Below are positions 16,586-25,487 of a stretch of 55,477 nt of DNA, piece by piece; the stretch's first letter is position 1, and each line of letters starts with the position of its first letter. Under the pieces are notes generated by a model. That model searched no databases. It saw only the letters and a program-made list of their open reading frames with translations, and had not been told where the DNA came from. This stretch comes from Actinomycetota bacterium (GTDB lineage: Bacteria; Actinomycetota; UBA4738; HRBIN12), in contig JBDTNY010000117.1 in the NCBI GenBank assembly GCA_039933515.1, forward strand, positions 1 to 55,477. The letters run 5' to 3'. The position numbers were made by a program, and so were the translations under genes.

Positions 16586-17091
16586 GCGATCAGCTCCCGG
16601 AGTCGTTTCGTCCCTTGATAGACGTTGGCGCGGGCGGCCGCCTCGCTGCAGCCCATCAGCTCGGCGATCTCGTCGTAGGCGCGGTCCAGCACGTGTCGGT
16701 GAACGACGGCCACCCGTTGCCGCGGCGGCAGCGACCGCACCGCCGTCCAGAGCGGATCCCGCGTATCAGCCGGTTCCGGCGGCGCGGCGCCTGCGCGGTC
16801 CAGCGGCTCGGGCACCTCGTTGACCGGAAGCGCGTGCCGTCCGCGTGCCCGGTGATGGTCGATCGCCTTCCGAGAGGCGATCGTGAGCACCCAGCGGTCC
16901 AGCTTCGACCCATCCGTGAGTCGCGGGTACGCCCGCAGCGCCGACAGGAACGTTTCCTGGAAGCAGTCATCCGCGTCGCCCGGCCCGACCGCTACGGTCA
17001 GGAATCGGTAGACCGTGGCGCGGTTCGCCTCGAGGAAGACGCCGAACGGCGGCACAGCCGTTCGGCCCACACGCGGCCGCGCGGCCCTCAT
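16582..17091 (-). CDS. ECF-type RNA polymerase sigma factor
   Basis: Region 2 (DADDCFQETFLSALRAY, RWVLTIASRKAIDHHR) and region 4 (LPPRQRVAVVHRHVLDRAYDEIAELMGCSEAAARANVYQGTKRLRE). Start placed at the internal ATG (MRAARP) because the longer ORF would run into purL. Confidence 0.8.
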   Translation of the reverse strand: MRAARPRVGRTAVPPFGVFLEANRATVYRFLTVAVGPGDADDCFQETFLSALRAYPRLTDGSKLDRWVLTIASRKAIDHHRARGRHALPVNEVPEPLDRAGAAPPEPADTRDPLWTAVRSLPPRQRVAVVHRHVLDRAYDEIAELMGCSEAAARANVYQGTKRLRELIA

Positions 17092-17179
17092 CGACCCTCT
17101 CCGCTCATCCACCGATGCAATCACACCCGAACAACGACCGAGCCACCAAATGCGTGAAACCCCCGTCCGCGATCGGCCC

Positions 17180-19396
17180 TCAGACGGGCTCGCCGAGGAG
17201 GCGCGGGATCGCGGTTTCGTACGCCTCGCGCAGCTCGTCGACGGTGGTGTCGAACAACCCGTCGAAGAGCACGCGAGGACCGCCGGTCTCACCGATCCTC
17301 GACAGCGGCACGCCGTGGTCCGAGGCGAGCGACATGAGCCGTTCCTCGTGCTCGGGCGCCACGCTCACGATCGCCCGCGAGGCGGATTCGCTGAAGAGCG
17401 CGACGTGCGCCGGCAGGTCGCCGGGCACCGTGACCGCGAACCCGTGCGCCCCTTCGATGGCCGACTCGGCCAGCGCGATCCCGATCCCTCCGTCGCCGCA
17501 ATCGTGCCCGCTCGCGAGCAAGGTCTCGGCGGCGGCCGCCTGCAGGAAGCGGAGCAGCGCGGCCTCCGCCTCGAGGTCCAGACGCGGCGGGTGGCCAGCC
17601 ACGACCCCCAGCACGGCCGCGGCGAATTCCGAGCCGCCGAGCTCGGCGAACGTCTCCCCCAGGAGGTAGACGGCGAGTCCCGGGCGAGGGAACCCGGTCG
17701 GCACTCGCAGCCGGTGGTCGTTCAGCAGCCCGATCATCCCGATCACCGGCGTGGGCCAGATCGCCGACCCCGACGACTCGTTGTAGAAGCTGACGTTGCC
17801 CCCGGTGACCGGTGTCTCGAACGCGAGACAGGCGTCGCGCATCCCTCGGATCGACTCGGAGAACTGCCACATCACGAGCGGCCGCTCGGGGTTGCCGAAG
17901 TTGAGGCAGTTCGTGATCGCAAGCGGGGTGGCGCCGGTCACCGCGACGTTGCGGGCGGCCTCGGCCACTGCGTGCGCCGCCCCCAGATAGGGATCGAGCG
18001 CCCCGTAGCGGCCCTTCCCGTCGCTCGAGATGGCGATCCCCTTCAGCGAGTCGGGCACGCGGACGAGGGCGGCGTCGCTCCCGGCGCCGGCGACCGTCTG
18101 GCCCTGGACGATCGAGTCGTACTGCTCGAAGACCCAGCGTTTGCTCGCGACGTTCGGCGAGGTCAGCACCGAGAAGAAGGCCTCCCGGACGTCCTTGTCG
18201 AAGGACAGGAGCGCGGGGTCGTTCGAGGCGCTGCTCATCGCCGTGGCGTCGGGTGGGGCCATCGGCCGGTCGTACTCAGGCCCCTCATCGACGAGCGACC
18301 GGGCCGGCACCTCCGCAACCGTTTCGCCGCCGAGAGTGACGCTCAGTCCGCCGCCCTCGACGAGCTCGGCGATCACCGCGGTCGTCAGGCCCCAGCGCGC
18401 GCATACCTTCTCCACGTCGGAAAGTCGCGAGGGATGCACGATCGCGAGCATGCGTTCCTGGGATTCACTCGTGAGGATCTCGAAGGCCGCCATGCCGGCC
18501 TCGCGGAGCGGCACCGCGTCAAGGTCCAGGCGGGCGCCCATCCCGGCGCGCGCCGCCGACTCGCTCACGGCACAGGTGATCCCGGCGCCGCCCAGGTCCT
18601 GCAGGCCCTCCAATAACCCTCGGTCGATCAACTCGAGCGAGGCTTCGATCAGGAGCTTCTCGGCGAACGGGTCCCCGATCTGCACCGCGGGGCGGGACTC
18701 CTCAGACGACGCGTCGAGTGTGGCGCTCGCGAGCACGCTCACACCCCCGATACCGTCTCGTCCCGTCGCCGCGCCGTACAGCACCATCAGGGAGCCCGAG
18801 TTCGCGGTGAGCGACTGTGAGGTCGCGAGCTTGTCGGCGCGCGCGATCCCCACACACATCACGTCGACGGTCGGGTTCTGGCTGTGGGGCTCGGCGAAGT
18901 GGATCTCGCCGCCCACGGTCGGCACGCCGATGCAGTTGCCGTAGCCGCCGATGCCCGCGACCACGCCCTCGAAGAGCCATCGGTTCCGTTCATCGGTGAG
19001 GGGTCCGAACATCAGCGGGTCCAGGAGCGCCACCGGCCGGGCGCCCATCGAGATGATGTCCCGCACGATGCCACCCACGCCGGTCGCGGCACCCTGGTAG
19101 GGCTCGATCGCGCTGGGGTGCGAGTGCGATTCCATCTTGAAGACCGCGGCCATGCCGTCCCCGATGTCGACGGCGCCGGCGTCTTGTCCCGGGCCCACGA
19201 GCACGGCCGGGCCATCGGTCGGCAGGGTCTTCAGGTGGATCTTCGAGGACTTGTAGGAGCAATGCTCGGACCACATCGCGCCGTACATCGCGAGCTCGGC
19301 CGGACGAGGGTCGCGTCCCAGCGTGTCGACGATGCGGTCGTACTCGTCGTCCTGCAGGCCGAGCCGCCGGTACAGGGGTTGCTCGGAAACCGTCAT
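17180..19396 (-). CDS. purL: Phosphoribosylformylglycinamidine synthase II
   Basis: 738 aa. AMWSEHCSYKSS and the duplicated AIRS-like domains. Confidence 0.95.
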   Translation of the reverse strand: MTVSEQPLYRRLGLQDDEYDRIVDTLGRDPRPAELAMYGAMWSEHCSYKSSKIHLKTLPTDGPAVLVGPGQDAGAVDIGDGMAAVFKMESHSHPSAIEPYQGAATGVGGIVRDIISMGARPVALLDPLMFGPLTDERNRWLFEGVVAGIGGYGNCIGVPTVGGEIHFAEPHSQNPTVDVMCVGIARADKLATSQSLTANSGSLMVLYGAATGRDGIGGVSVLASATLDASSEESRPAVQIGDPFAEKLLIEASLELIDRGLLEGLQDLGGAGITCAVSESAARAGMGARLDLDAVPLREAGMAAFEILTSESQERMLAIVHPSRLSDVEKVCARWGLTTAVIAELVEGGGLSVTLGGETVAEVPARSLVDEGPEYDRPMAPPDATAMSSASNDPALLSFDKDVREAFFSVLTSPNVASKRWVFEQYDSIVQGQTVAGAGSDAALVRVPDSLKGIAISSDGKGRYGALDPYLGAAHAVAEAARNVAVTGATPLAITNCLNFGNPERPLVMWQFSESIRGMRDACLAFETPVTGGNVSFYNESSGSAIWPTPVIGMIGLLNDHRLRVPTGFPRPGLAVYLLGETFAELGGSEFAAAVLGVVAGHPPRLDLEAEAALLRFLQAAAAETLLASGHDCGDGGIGIALAESAIEGAHGFAVTVPGDLPAHVALFSESASRAIVSVAPEHEERLMSLASDHGVPLSRIGETGGPRVLFDGLFDTTVDELREAYETAIPRLLGEPV

Positions 19397-20115
19397 GCAC
19401 CCGCCCCCGCCATCGCGGCGGCCAGGAGCGAGGCGAACAATGGCTGCCCGCCGGTGGGACCCACGTCGGGATCGACGGCGTGCTCGGGATGCGGCATCAG
19501 CCCCACCACGTTCCCGCGGGCGTTGCGGATGCCCGCGATGTGGTCGATCGATCCGTTCGGGTTCTCCGCGTCATCGGTCACGCCGTCGCCCGATGCGTAC
19601 CGGAACACCACGAGCCCCTCGTCATCGATCCGGCGAAGCTCGTCTTCGCGCGCCACGAACTGCCCCTCGCCGTGCTTGACGGGGATCTCGACCGTCTCAC
19701 CGGTCATGAGCTCGGAGGTGACCACGCTCTGCGACGTCTCGACCCGCAGGAACACGTCGCGACAGATGAAGCGCAACGACCGGTTCCGGATCAGCGCCCC
19801 GGGCAGGAGCCCCGACTCGCAGAGGATCTGGAAGCCGTTGCAGATGCCGAGCACGGGGCCGCCGCGCTCGGCGAAAGCCCGCACCTCGTCCATCACCGCG
19901 GCGAACCGGGCGATCGCGCCGCACCGCAGGTAGTCGCCATAGCTGAACCCCCCGGGAAGCACCACCGCGTCCACGCCGCGCAGGTCGTGGTCGGCGTGCC
20001 AGAGCGCAACGGCGACCCCGCCCATATAGGTCACCGCGCGCTGAGCGTCGCGGTCGTCGAGGGAACCGGGGAACGTGATCACACCGATCCGGGGGGCGCC
20101 GTCGCTCACGCTCAC
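19393..20115 (-). CDS. purQ: Phosphoribosylformylglycinamidine synthase I (glutaminase)
   Basis: IGVITFPGSLDDRD and LGICNGFQIL (catalytic Cys). GTG start overlaps the purS stop (GTGA). An alternative GTG lies at 20109. Confidence 0.9.
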   Translation of the reverse strand: MSVSDGAPRIGVITFPGSLDDRDAQRAVTYMGGVAVALWHADHDLRGVDAVVLPGGFSYGDYLRCGAIARFAAVMDEVRAFAERGGPVLGICNGFQILCESGLLPGALIRNRSLRFICRDVFLRVETSQSVVTSELMTGETVEIPVKHGEGQFVAREDELRRIDDEGLVVFRYASGDGVTDDAENPNGSIDHIAGIRNARGNVVGLMPHPEHAVDPDVGPTGGQPLFASLLAAAMAGAGA

Positions 20116-20366
20116 GCCTCCTCCGCCTCGAGGATCCGGTACTCCTCGATCACGGGATTCGACAGGAGCCGGCCGGCCATCTCCTCGACCTGGGCGCGCG
20201 CTGTGGCCTCGTCGGCGGCCTCCACGTCGAGCGCGATGTGTTTGCCGACACGGAGCCCCGACACGTTCGTCCACCCGAGGGTGGGCAGCGCCGAGGCGAC
20301 CGCCTTGCCCTGCGGGTCCGAAAGTCCCGGCTTCAGCGACACCAGGACTTCGAAGCTGAACCTCAT
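20112..20366 (-). CDS. purS: Phosphoribosylformylglycinamidine synthase subunit PurS
   Basis: 84 aa. VLVSLKPGLSDPQGKAV motif. Sits between purC and purQ. Confidence 0.9.
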   Translation of the reverse strand: MRFSFEVLVSLKPGLSDPQGKAVASALPTLGWTNVSGLRVGKHIALDVEAADEATARAQVEEMAGRLLSNPVIEEYRILEAEEA

Positions 20367-21316
20367 CCGTGCTCCTTCCGCAGGCGATCCAGGTTGATCG
20401 CACAGGTCTCCCAGTCCTTCTCATCGAGCGCGCCCATACGCTGCAGGTACCAGTCCCACTGCTCGCCGGTGACGCGCTCGTACGCCTCGCGGTACTTCAG
20501 CGCGGTGCGCGCGATCACCTCGGCGGGCAACTCAGGTGGCGGTGGCTCGTGGTCCCAGCCGGTCATGTCGAGCCAGTCCCGCACGAACTGCTTGTCGAAG
20601 CTCGCCTGCGCACCGCCAGGCGCGTACGCATCTGCGGGCCAGAACCGACTCGAGTCGGGCGTCCCCACCTCGTCGATCAAGATCAGCTCGCCGTCGCAGA
20701 ACCCGAACTCGAACTTCGTGTCGGCGACGATCACGCCCTGTTCCAGCGCGACCGACGCGATCCGCTCGTAGATCGAGAGCGTGAGCTCCTTCAGCTTCTC
20801 GGCGAGCCCGCGCCCGATCAGGTCGGCGGTCTCGTCCAGCGTGACCGGCGTGTCGTGGCCCTCAGCGGCCTTCGTCGTGGGCGTGAAGATCGGCTCGGGC
20901 AGCCGGCTCGACTCCACGAGCCCCGCGGGGAGCCCGACCCCGCAGACCGAGCCGCGCTCCTGGTATTCCCGCCAGCCGGAGCCACTTAGGTACCCGCGCG
21001 CCACGCATTCGATCGGCACGACCTCGGCGCGCTTGACCAGCGTGGCCCGCCCCGACAGGAAGGTCTCCTCCCCGAACGGCGAGGGGAACTCCCAGCGGTT
21101 CGCGGTAAGCAGGTGGTTGGCGACCAAGTCCTTGGTCCGCTCGAACCAGAAGAGCGAGAAGGCCGTGAGGACGCGGCCCTTATCGGGGATCGGGTCCGGC
21201 AGGATCACGTCGAAGGCGCTCAGGCGGTCGGACGCCACCAGCAGCAGGGCGTCAGGCCCTGCCTCGTAGATGTCACGGACCTTGCCCTGGGCGTGCAATC
21301 CGCCGGTGGCGCTCAC
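20363..21316 (-). CDS. purC: SAICAR synthetase
   Basis: GKVRDIYE...LLVASDRLSAFDV motifs. GTG start chosen 2 nt downstream of the purB stop. Confidence 0.9.
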   Translation of the reverse strand: MSATGGLHAQGKVRDIYEAGPDALLLVASDRLSAFDVILPDPIPDKGRVLTAFSLFWFERTKDLVANHLLTANRWEFPSPFGEETFLSGRATLVKRAEVVPIECVARGYLSGSGWREYQERGSVCGVGLPAGLVESSRLPEPIFTPTTKAAEGHDTPVTLDETADLIGRGLAEKLKELTLSIYERIASVALEQGVIVADTKFEFGFCDGELILIDEVGTPDSSRFWPADAYAPGGAQASFDKQFVRDWLDMTGWDHEPPPPELPAEVIARTALKYREAYERVTGEQWDWYLQRMGALDEKDWETCAINLDRLRKEHG

Positions 21317-21320
21317 GCAG

Positions 21321-22631
21321 TCAGGCCCCCTCGACGGGGAGTTTCTCGAGCTTGTCGAACACGCCCCCGAGGTTCCGCAGGAACCGGCGCGGGTCGAACA
21401 GCTCCGCCAGCGTGGCGTCGTCGATGCCCGCTCGCACCTCGGGGTCGGCCTCGATCGTCTCCCGGAAGCTCGCGTCCTCGTCCCAGGCCGCCGCCGCGGC
21501 GCGCTGCACGATCCGGTACGCGTCGTCGCGCGGCATCCCGGTGTCGACGAGCGCGAGCAGGACCGACTGGCTGAACGCGATCCCCCCGCGCGACCAGACG
21601 TGGGCCTCCATCTGCTGGGTGAACACGACGAGCCCATCGAGCACCCAGGTAACGTCGCCCAGCATGAAGGCGAGCAGTCCCGTGGCGTCTGGGAAGATCA
21701 TCCGCTCGGCCGAGGAATGCGAGATGTCGCGCTCGTGCCACAGCGCCACGTTCTCGAACGCCGCCTGCGCGTTGCCGCGGATCACTCTGGCGAGTCCGCT
21801 CACGCGCTCGCACACGATCGGGTTCCGCTTGTGAGGCATGGCGCTCGAGCCCTTCTGACCCGGAGCGAAGGGCTCCTGGACCTCGCGGACCTCGGTCCGT
21901 GCGAGATGCCTGACCTCGGTGGCGATCTTGTCGAGCGTGGAACCGACGATGGCGAGCGTCGCCATGTACTCGGCATGCCGGTCACGCTGGATCACCTGAG
22001 TGCTCGCCTCGGCGGGCCGCAGTCCGAGCCGCGTGCACACGAGCTCCTCCACCCGCGGATCGAGCTGGGCGTACGTGCCCACCACGCCGCTGATCGCGCC
22101 GACGCTGACGGTCTCTCGCGCGCGCCGCATGCGCTCCCGGTCGCGGTCGAGCTCGAACGCCCACACCGCAAGCTTGTGTCCGAAGGAGATCGGTTCCGCG
22201 TGGATCCCGTGCGAGCGGCCCATCATCACCGTGTCGCGGTGTGCGAGCGCCCGGCGCTTCACGACCGCGAGGAGCGACTCGAGCCGGGCGAGCAGGAGGT
22301 CGGCCGCCGCGCGCAGCTGCAGCGCGAACGCGGTGTCGAGCACGTCGCTCGAGGTCATCCCGAAGTGGATCCATCGGCCTTCGGGACCGATCGAAGCCGC
22401 CACGACGTCGACGAACGCCGCGATGTCATGGCGCGTGACCTGCTCGCGCTCGAGCACCGCCTCGACGGTGAACGACGCCCGTTCGCGGCACGCCGCGGCG
22501 TCGGCGGGCGGGATCTTCCCGAGCTCGGCCCAGGCCTCGACCGCGAGCAGCTCGATCTCGAGCCAGTGCCCCAGCCGCTCCTCTTCGGACCAGACGGCCG
22601 AGAGCTCGGGTACGTCGTACCGCGGGATCAC
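21321..22631 (-). CDS. purB: Adenylosuccinate lyase
   Basis: 436 aa. GSSAMPHKRNP signature. Confidence 0.95.
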   Translation of the reverse strand: MIPRYDVPELSAVWSEEERLGHWLEIELLAVEAWAELGKIPPADAAACRERASFTVEAVLEREQVTRHDIAAFVDVVAASIGPEGRWIHFGMTSSDVLDTAFALQLRAAADLLLARLESLLAVVKRRALAHRDTVMMGRSHGIHAEPISFGHKLAVWAFELDRDRERMRRARETVSVGAISGVVGTYAQLDPRVEELVCTRLGLRPAEASTQVIQRDRHAEYMATLAIVGSTLDKIATEVRHLARTEVREVQEPFAPGQKGSSAMPHKRNPIVCERVSGLARVIRGNAQAAFENVALWHERDISHSSAERMIFPDATGLLAFMLGDVTWVLDGLVVFTQQMEAHVWSRGGIAFSQSVLLALVDTGMPRDDAYRIVQRAAAAAWDEDASFRETIEADPEVRAGIDDATLAELFDPRRFLRNLGGVFDKLEKLPVEGA

Positions 22632-23104
22632 AGTTTGAGGCCCTCCGCCAGGTCGTCTTTGAACTTCCAGAGCGCCTGCTGCACCTCGGGGTCGCCCACG
22701 CCCACGATCTGGGCCGCGAGCACCGCCGCGTTGACGGCGGCGTCGACGCCGACGGTGGCCACCGGCACGCCCGTCGGCATCTGCGCGGTGATCGCGAGGG
22801 CCTCGTTCCCGGCCATCTGTGGGGAGCTCGCGATCGGCACACCGATCACCGGGATGATCGTGCGCGCCGCGACGGCGGCCGCGAGGTGCCCCGAGATCCC
22901 GGTCGAGCAGATGATGGCCTTCAGGCCGCGCTCGAAGGCGGTGCGTGCGTACTCGTCGACGAGGTCGGGATTCCGTGACGACGACATGATCCGGATCTCG
23001 TGGCCGATGCCGAACTTCTCGATGATCAGGCCTGCCTGGCGCATGATCCCCAGCTCCGACGGCGAGGCGGCGAGTACCCCCACCCGTGGCGTCTCCTCAG
23101 TCAT
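22628..23104 (-). CDS. purE: N5-carboxyaminoimidazole ribonucleotide mutase
   Basis: 158 aa. SSSRNPDL and GISGHLAAAVAA..PVIGVPI motifs. No purK is visible in the window. Confidence 0.9.
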   Translation of the reverse strand: MTEETPRVGVLAASPSELGIMRQAGLIIEKFGIGHEIRIMSSSRNPDLVDEYARTAFERGLKAIICSTGISGHLAAAVAARTIIPVIGVPIASSPQMAGNEALAITAQMPTGVPVATVGVDAAVNAAVLAAQIVGVGDPEVQQALWKFKDDLAEGLKL

Positions 23105-24376
23105 CTACACCCCCTCCGCGGCACGGGCCGCGATATCGGTCCGATGGGTCGCGCCCTCGAAGCGGATCTGCGATACCGCATCGTAGGCGTGCGCCCGCGC
23201 CTCGCCGATCGTGGCGCCGATCCCCGTGACGCTGAGCACCCGGCCGCCGGACGTGACCACTCTACCGTCCGCCTCCGAGGTGCCCGCGTGGAACACGACC
23301 GCGCCGTCGACCTCGTCCGCGGCATCGAGGCCGTCGACCGGCACGCCGGTCTCGTAGGGCCCCGGGTAGCCGCCCGATGCGAGGATCACGGTCACGGCGG
23401 CGTCGGGCGTCCAGTCGACCTTCGCGTCGGCGAGCCCGCCGGTGGAGGCCGCGAGTAGCAGCTCGGCGAGATCGGAGCGGAGCCGGGGGATCACGACCTC
23501 GGTTTCGGGGTCGCCGAACCGGCAGTTGTACTCGAGGACCTTCGGGCCCTCGGCGGTGAGCATCAGCCCGGTATAGAGGAGCCCCCGGTACGCCACGCCG
23601 TCGGCGGCCATCGTCTCCACGGTGCGACGGCAGAGGTGCCAGATCTCCCGCTCAGTGGCCTCGTCGACCCACGGGAGGGGCGAGTAGGCGCCCATCCCGC
23701 CGGTGTTCGGTCCCACATCCCCGTCGCCGATGCGCTTGAAGTCCTGCCCGAGCACGAGCGGCACGACGGTCTCGCCGTCGGAGAGCGCGAAGGCGCTGAC
23801 CTCCGGGCCCTCGAGGACCTCCTCGACCACGACGGTCGCGCCGGCCGCGCCGAAGGCGCCTCCCTGGAGGCAGTCGCGGAGCGCCGCCACCGCCGTCTCT
23901 CGGTCGGTCGCCACCGTCACGCCCTTGCCCGCGGCGAGCCCGTCGGCCTTCACGACGGCCCTGCCGCCGAGGGAGTCGACGAACGCGATCGCCTCGTCGA
24001 GGTTCGCGAACGTTCCGCTCGCGGCCGTGGGGATCCCCCCACGCGCCATCACCTCCTTGGCGAACGCCTTGGAGCCCTCGAGGCGGGCGGCGGCGGCGTC
24101 GGGGCCGAAGGCCGCGACGCCGCGGTCACGCAGGGCGTCGGCCAGGCCCGCCACGAGGGGTGCCTCGGGGCCGATCACGACGAGATCGGGCGCGAGGTGG
24201 TCGGTGAGCGCAACGAGGCCGGCGATGTCGTCTGGCTTGACGCCGTGACAGGTGGCGAGCCGCGCGATCCCGGCGTTGCCGGGGGCGGCGTGCAACTCGG
24301 TGACGCCGGGGCTCCGGGCGAGGCCCCAGGCGAGGGCGTGCTCGCGGCCTCCGCCCCCGACGACGAGCGCTCTCAT
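23105..24376 (-). CDS. purD: Phosphoribosylamine-glycine ligase
   Basis: MRALVVGGGGREHALAWGL start and ATP-grasp body. The internal ATG is preferred over the longer track ORF. Confidence 0.9.
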   Translation of the reverse strand: MRALVVGGGGREHALAWGLARSPGVTELHAAPGNAGIARLATCHGVKPDDIAGLVALTDHLAPDLVVIGPEAPLVAGLADALRDRGVAAFGPDAAAARLEGSKAFAKEVMARGGIPTAASGTFANLDEAIAFVDSLGGRAVVKADGLAAGKGVTVATDRETAVAALRDCLQGGAFGAAGATVVVEEVLEGPEVSAFALSDGETVVPLVLGQDFKRIGDGDVGPNTGGMGAYSPLPWVDEATEREIWHLCRRTVETMAADGVAYRGLLYTGLMLTAEGPKVLEYNCRFGDPETEVVIPRLRSDLAELLLAASTGGLADAKVDWTPDAAVTVILASGGYPGPYETGVPVDGLDAADEVDGAVVFHAGTSEADGRVVTSGGRVLSVTGIGATIGEARAHAYDAVSQIRFEGATHRTDIAARAAEGV

Positions 24377-24435
24377 CGGGTGGTCCCGACGAGAGCGCGG
24401 CCGTCCTTCACGGGCGAAGTGTATCGGGCAGCGAT

Positions 24436-24462
24436 GGGGCCCCGGCCGCAGGCCGGGGCCCC
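24436..24462. terminator. GC hairpin downstream of the M43 peptidase gene
   Basis: GGGGCCCCGGCC-gca-GGCCGGGGCCCC, perfect 12-nt arms. Confidence 0.5.
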
Positions 24463-24493
24463 CAGGTGTCACGCTCGCGACGCTCCGGTCAAC

Positions 24494-25411
24494 TCAGGCC
24501 CGGTACGCCGTCCAGGCCTGCTGCATGCGCGTGGCCTGGTCGGCCGTGAACTCGAACATGCAGCTGTCCTGGGTGTAGTCCATGAAGTTGGTGATCGGGT
24601 CGAGCCCGGCCGACGTACACGTATCGCGACCCTGGGGGCAGTAGAAGGCCGCGGACGCCTCGGGCGCCGTGTCGGCGATGAAGTCGCCGTCGCCGTTACA
24701 ACCGCCGTCGAACGTGTGATACAGGTCGAACCAGTGGCCCACCTCGTGGGTCGCGGTGTCGCCCTCGCTGTAGATGTCGAAGTTCCCGCCGGGCAATGAC
24801 TCGTAGTGGATCACCACGCCGTCGAGCGCCCCGACCTTGGCCGCGTCCTGGGCGAGGTAGGAGTACCCGAGCAGGTTCTGCCCCAGGGCGGCCGAGTAGA
24901 TGTTCAGCGTGTCGAGACCCCCGACCTTCAGCGCGGTCTTCATCTTCTTATCCTTGCCGGCCCCGGTGAGGTTGAACCAGCTGTTGTTCGTGGTGCGGGT
25001 GATCCCCTGGAGGTCGAACCGGAAGCCGGTGTTCGCCCCGCCGGTGAGGCCGCCGTAGGCATCGTTGAGGACCTGGATCTGCGCGAGGACCCACGACCGC
25101 GGGACGTTGCCGCCGGCGACCGTCAGGTCTTCGCGGATCACGTGGAACCAGACCGGCACCGTCACGGCGCGGGCCGGGCGGGCGGCACGATCGGCGGCGC
25201 TCGGATGACGCCGGACCCAGCGAGCGAGCGGGTCGCGATGAGGCGCGGTCACCAGGTCGCGCACCCGGGCGCTGCGGCCCTCGATCGCGGACACCGGGTG
25301 CTTCACGCACTGCTGCCCGGCTCCCATCGGCACGGCGCCCGCCGGTACGAGCCCGGCCAGCATGGCGGTCATGACCGCCAGCACCATCACCATCGAACGC
25401 GTTCGCCTCAT
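24494..25411 (-). CDS. Secreted zinc metallopeptidase, M43 (pappalysin/ulilysin-like) family
   Basis: Signal peptide MRRTRSMVMVLAVMTAMLAGLVPAGA. HEVGHWFDLYH zinc site. Several Cys in the C-terminal half. Confidence 0.8.
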   Translation of the reverse strand: MRRTRSMVMVLAVMTAMLAGLVPAGAVPMGAGQQCVKHPVSAIEGRSARVRDLVTAPHRDPLARWVRRHPSAADRAARPARAVTVPVWFHVIREDLTVAGGNVPRSWVLAQIQVLNDAYGGLTGGANTGFRFDLQGITRTTNNSWFNLTGAGKDKKMKTALKVGGLDTLNIYSAALGQNLLGYSYLAQDAAKVGALDGVVIHYESLPGGNFDIYSEGDTATHEVGHWFDLYHTFDGGCNGDGDFIADTAPEASAAFYCPQGRDTCTSAGLDPITNFMDYTQDSCMFEFTADQATRMQQAWTAYRA

Positions 25412-25487
25412 GCGGGGATCCTCCCTCTCGATCTGTAGGTCCTGCAGTCTACGGAACGAGCGTGCTGCCGCGGGAGGGACGAACGAC

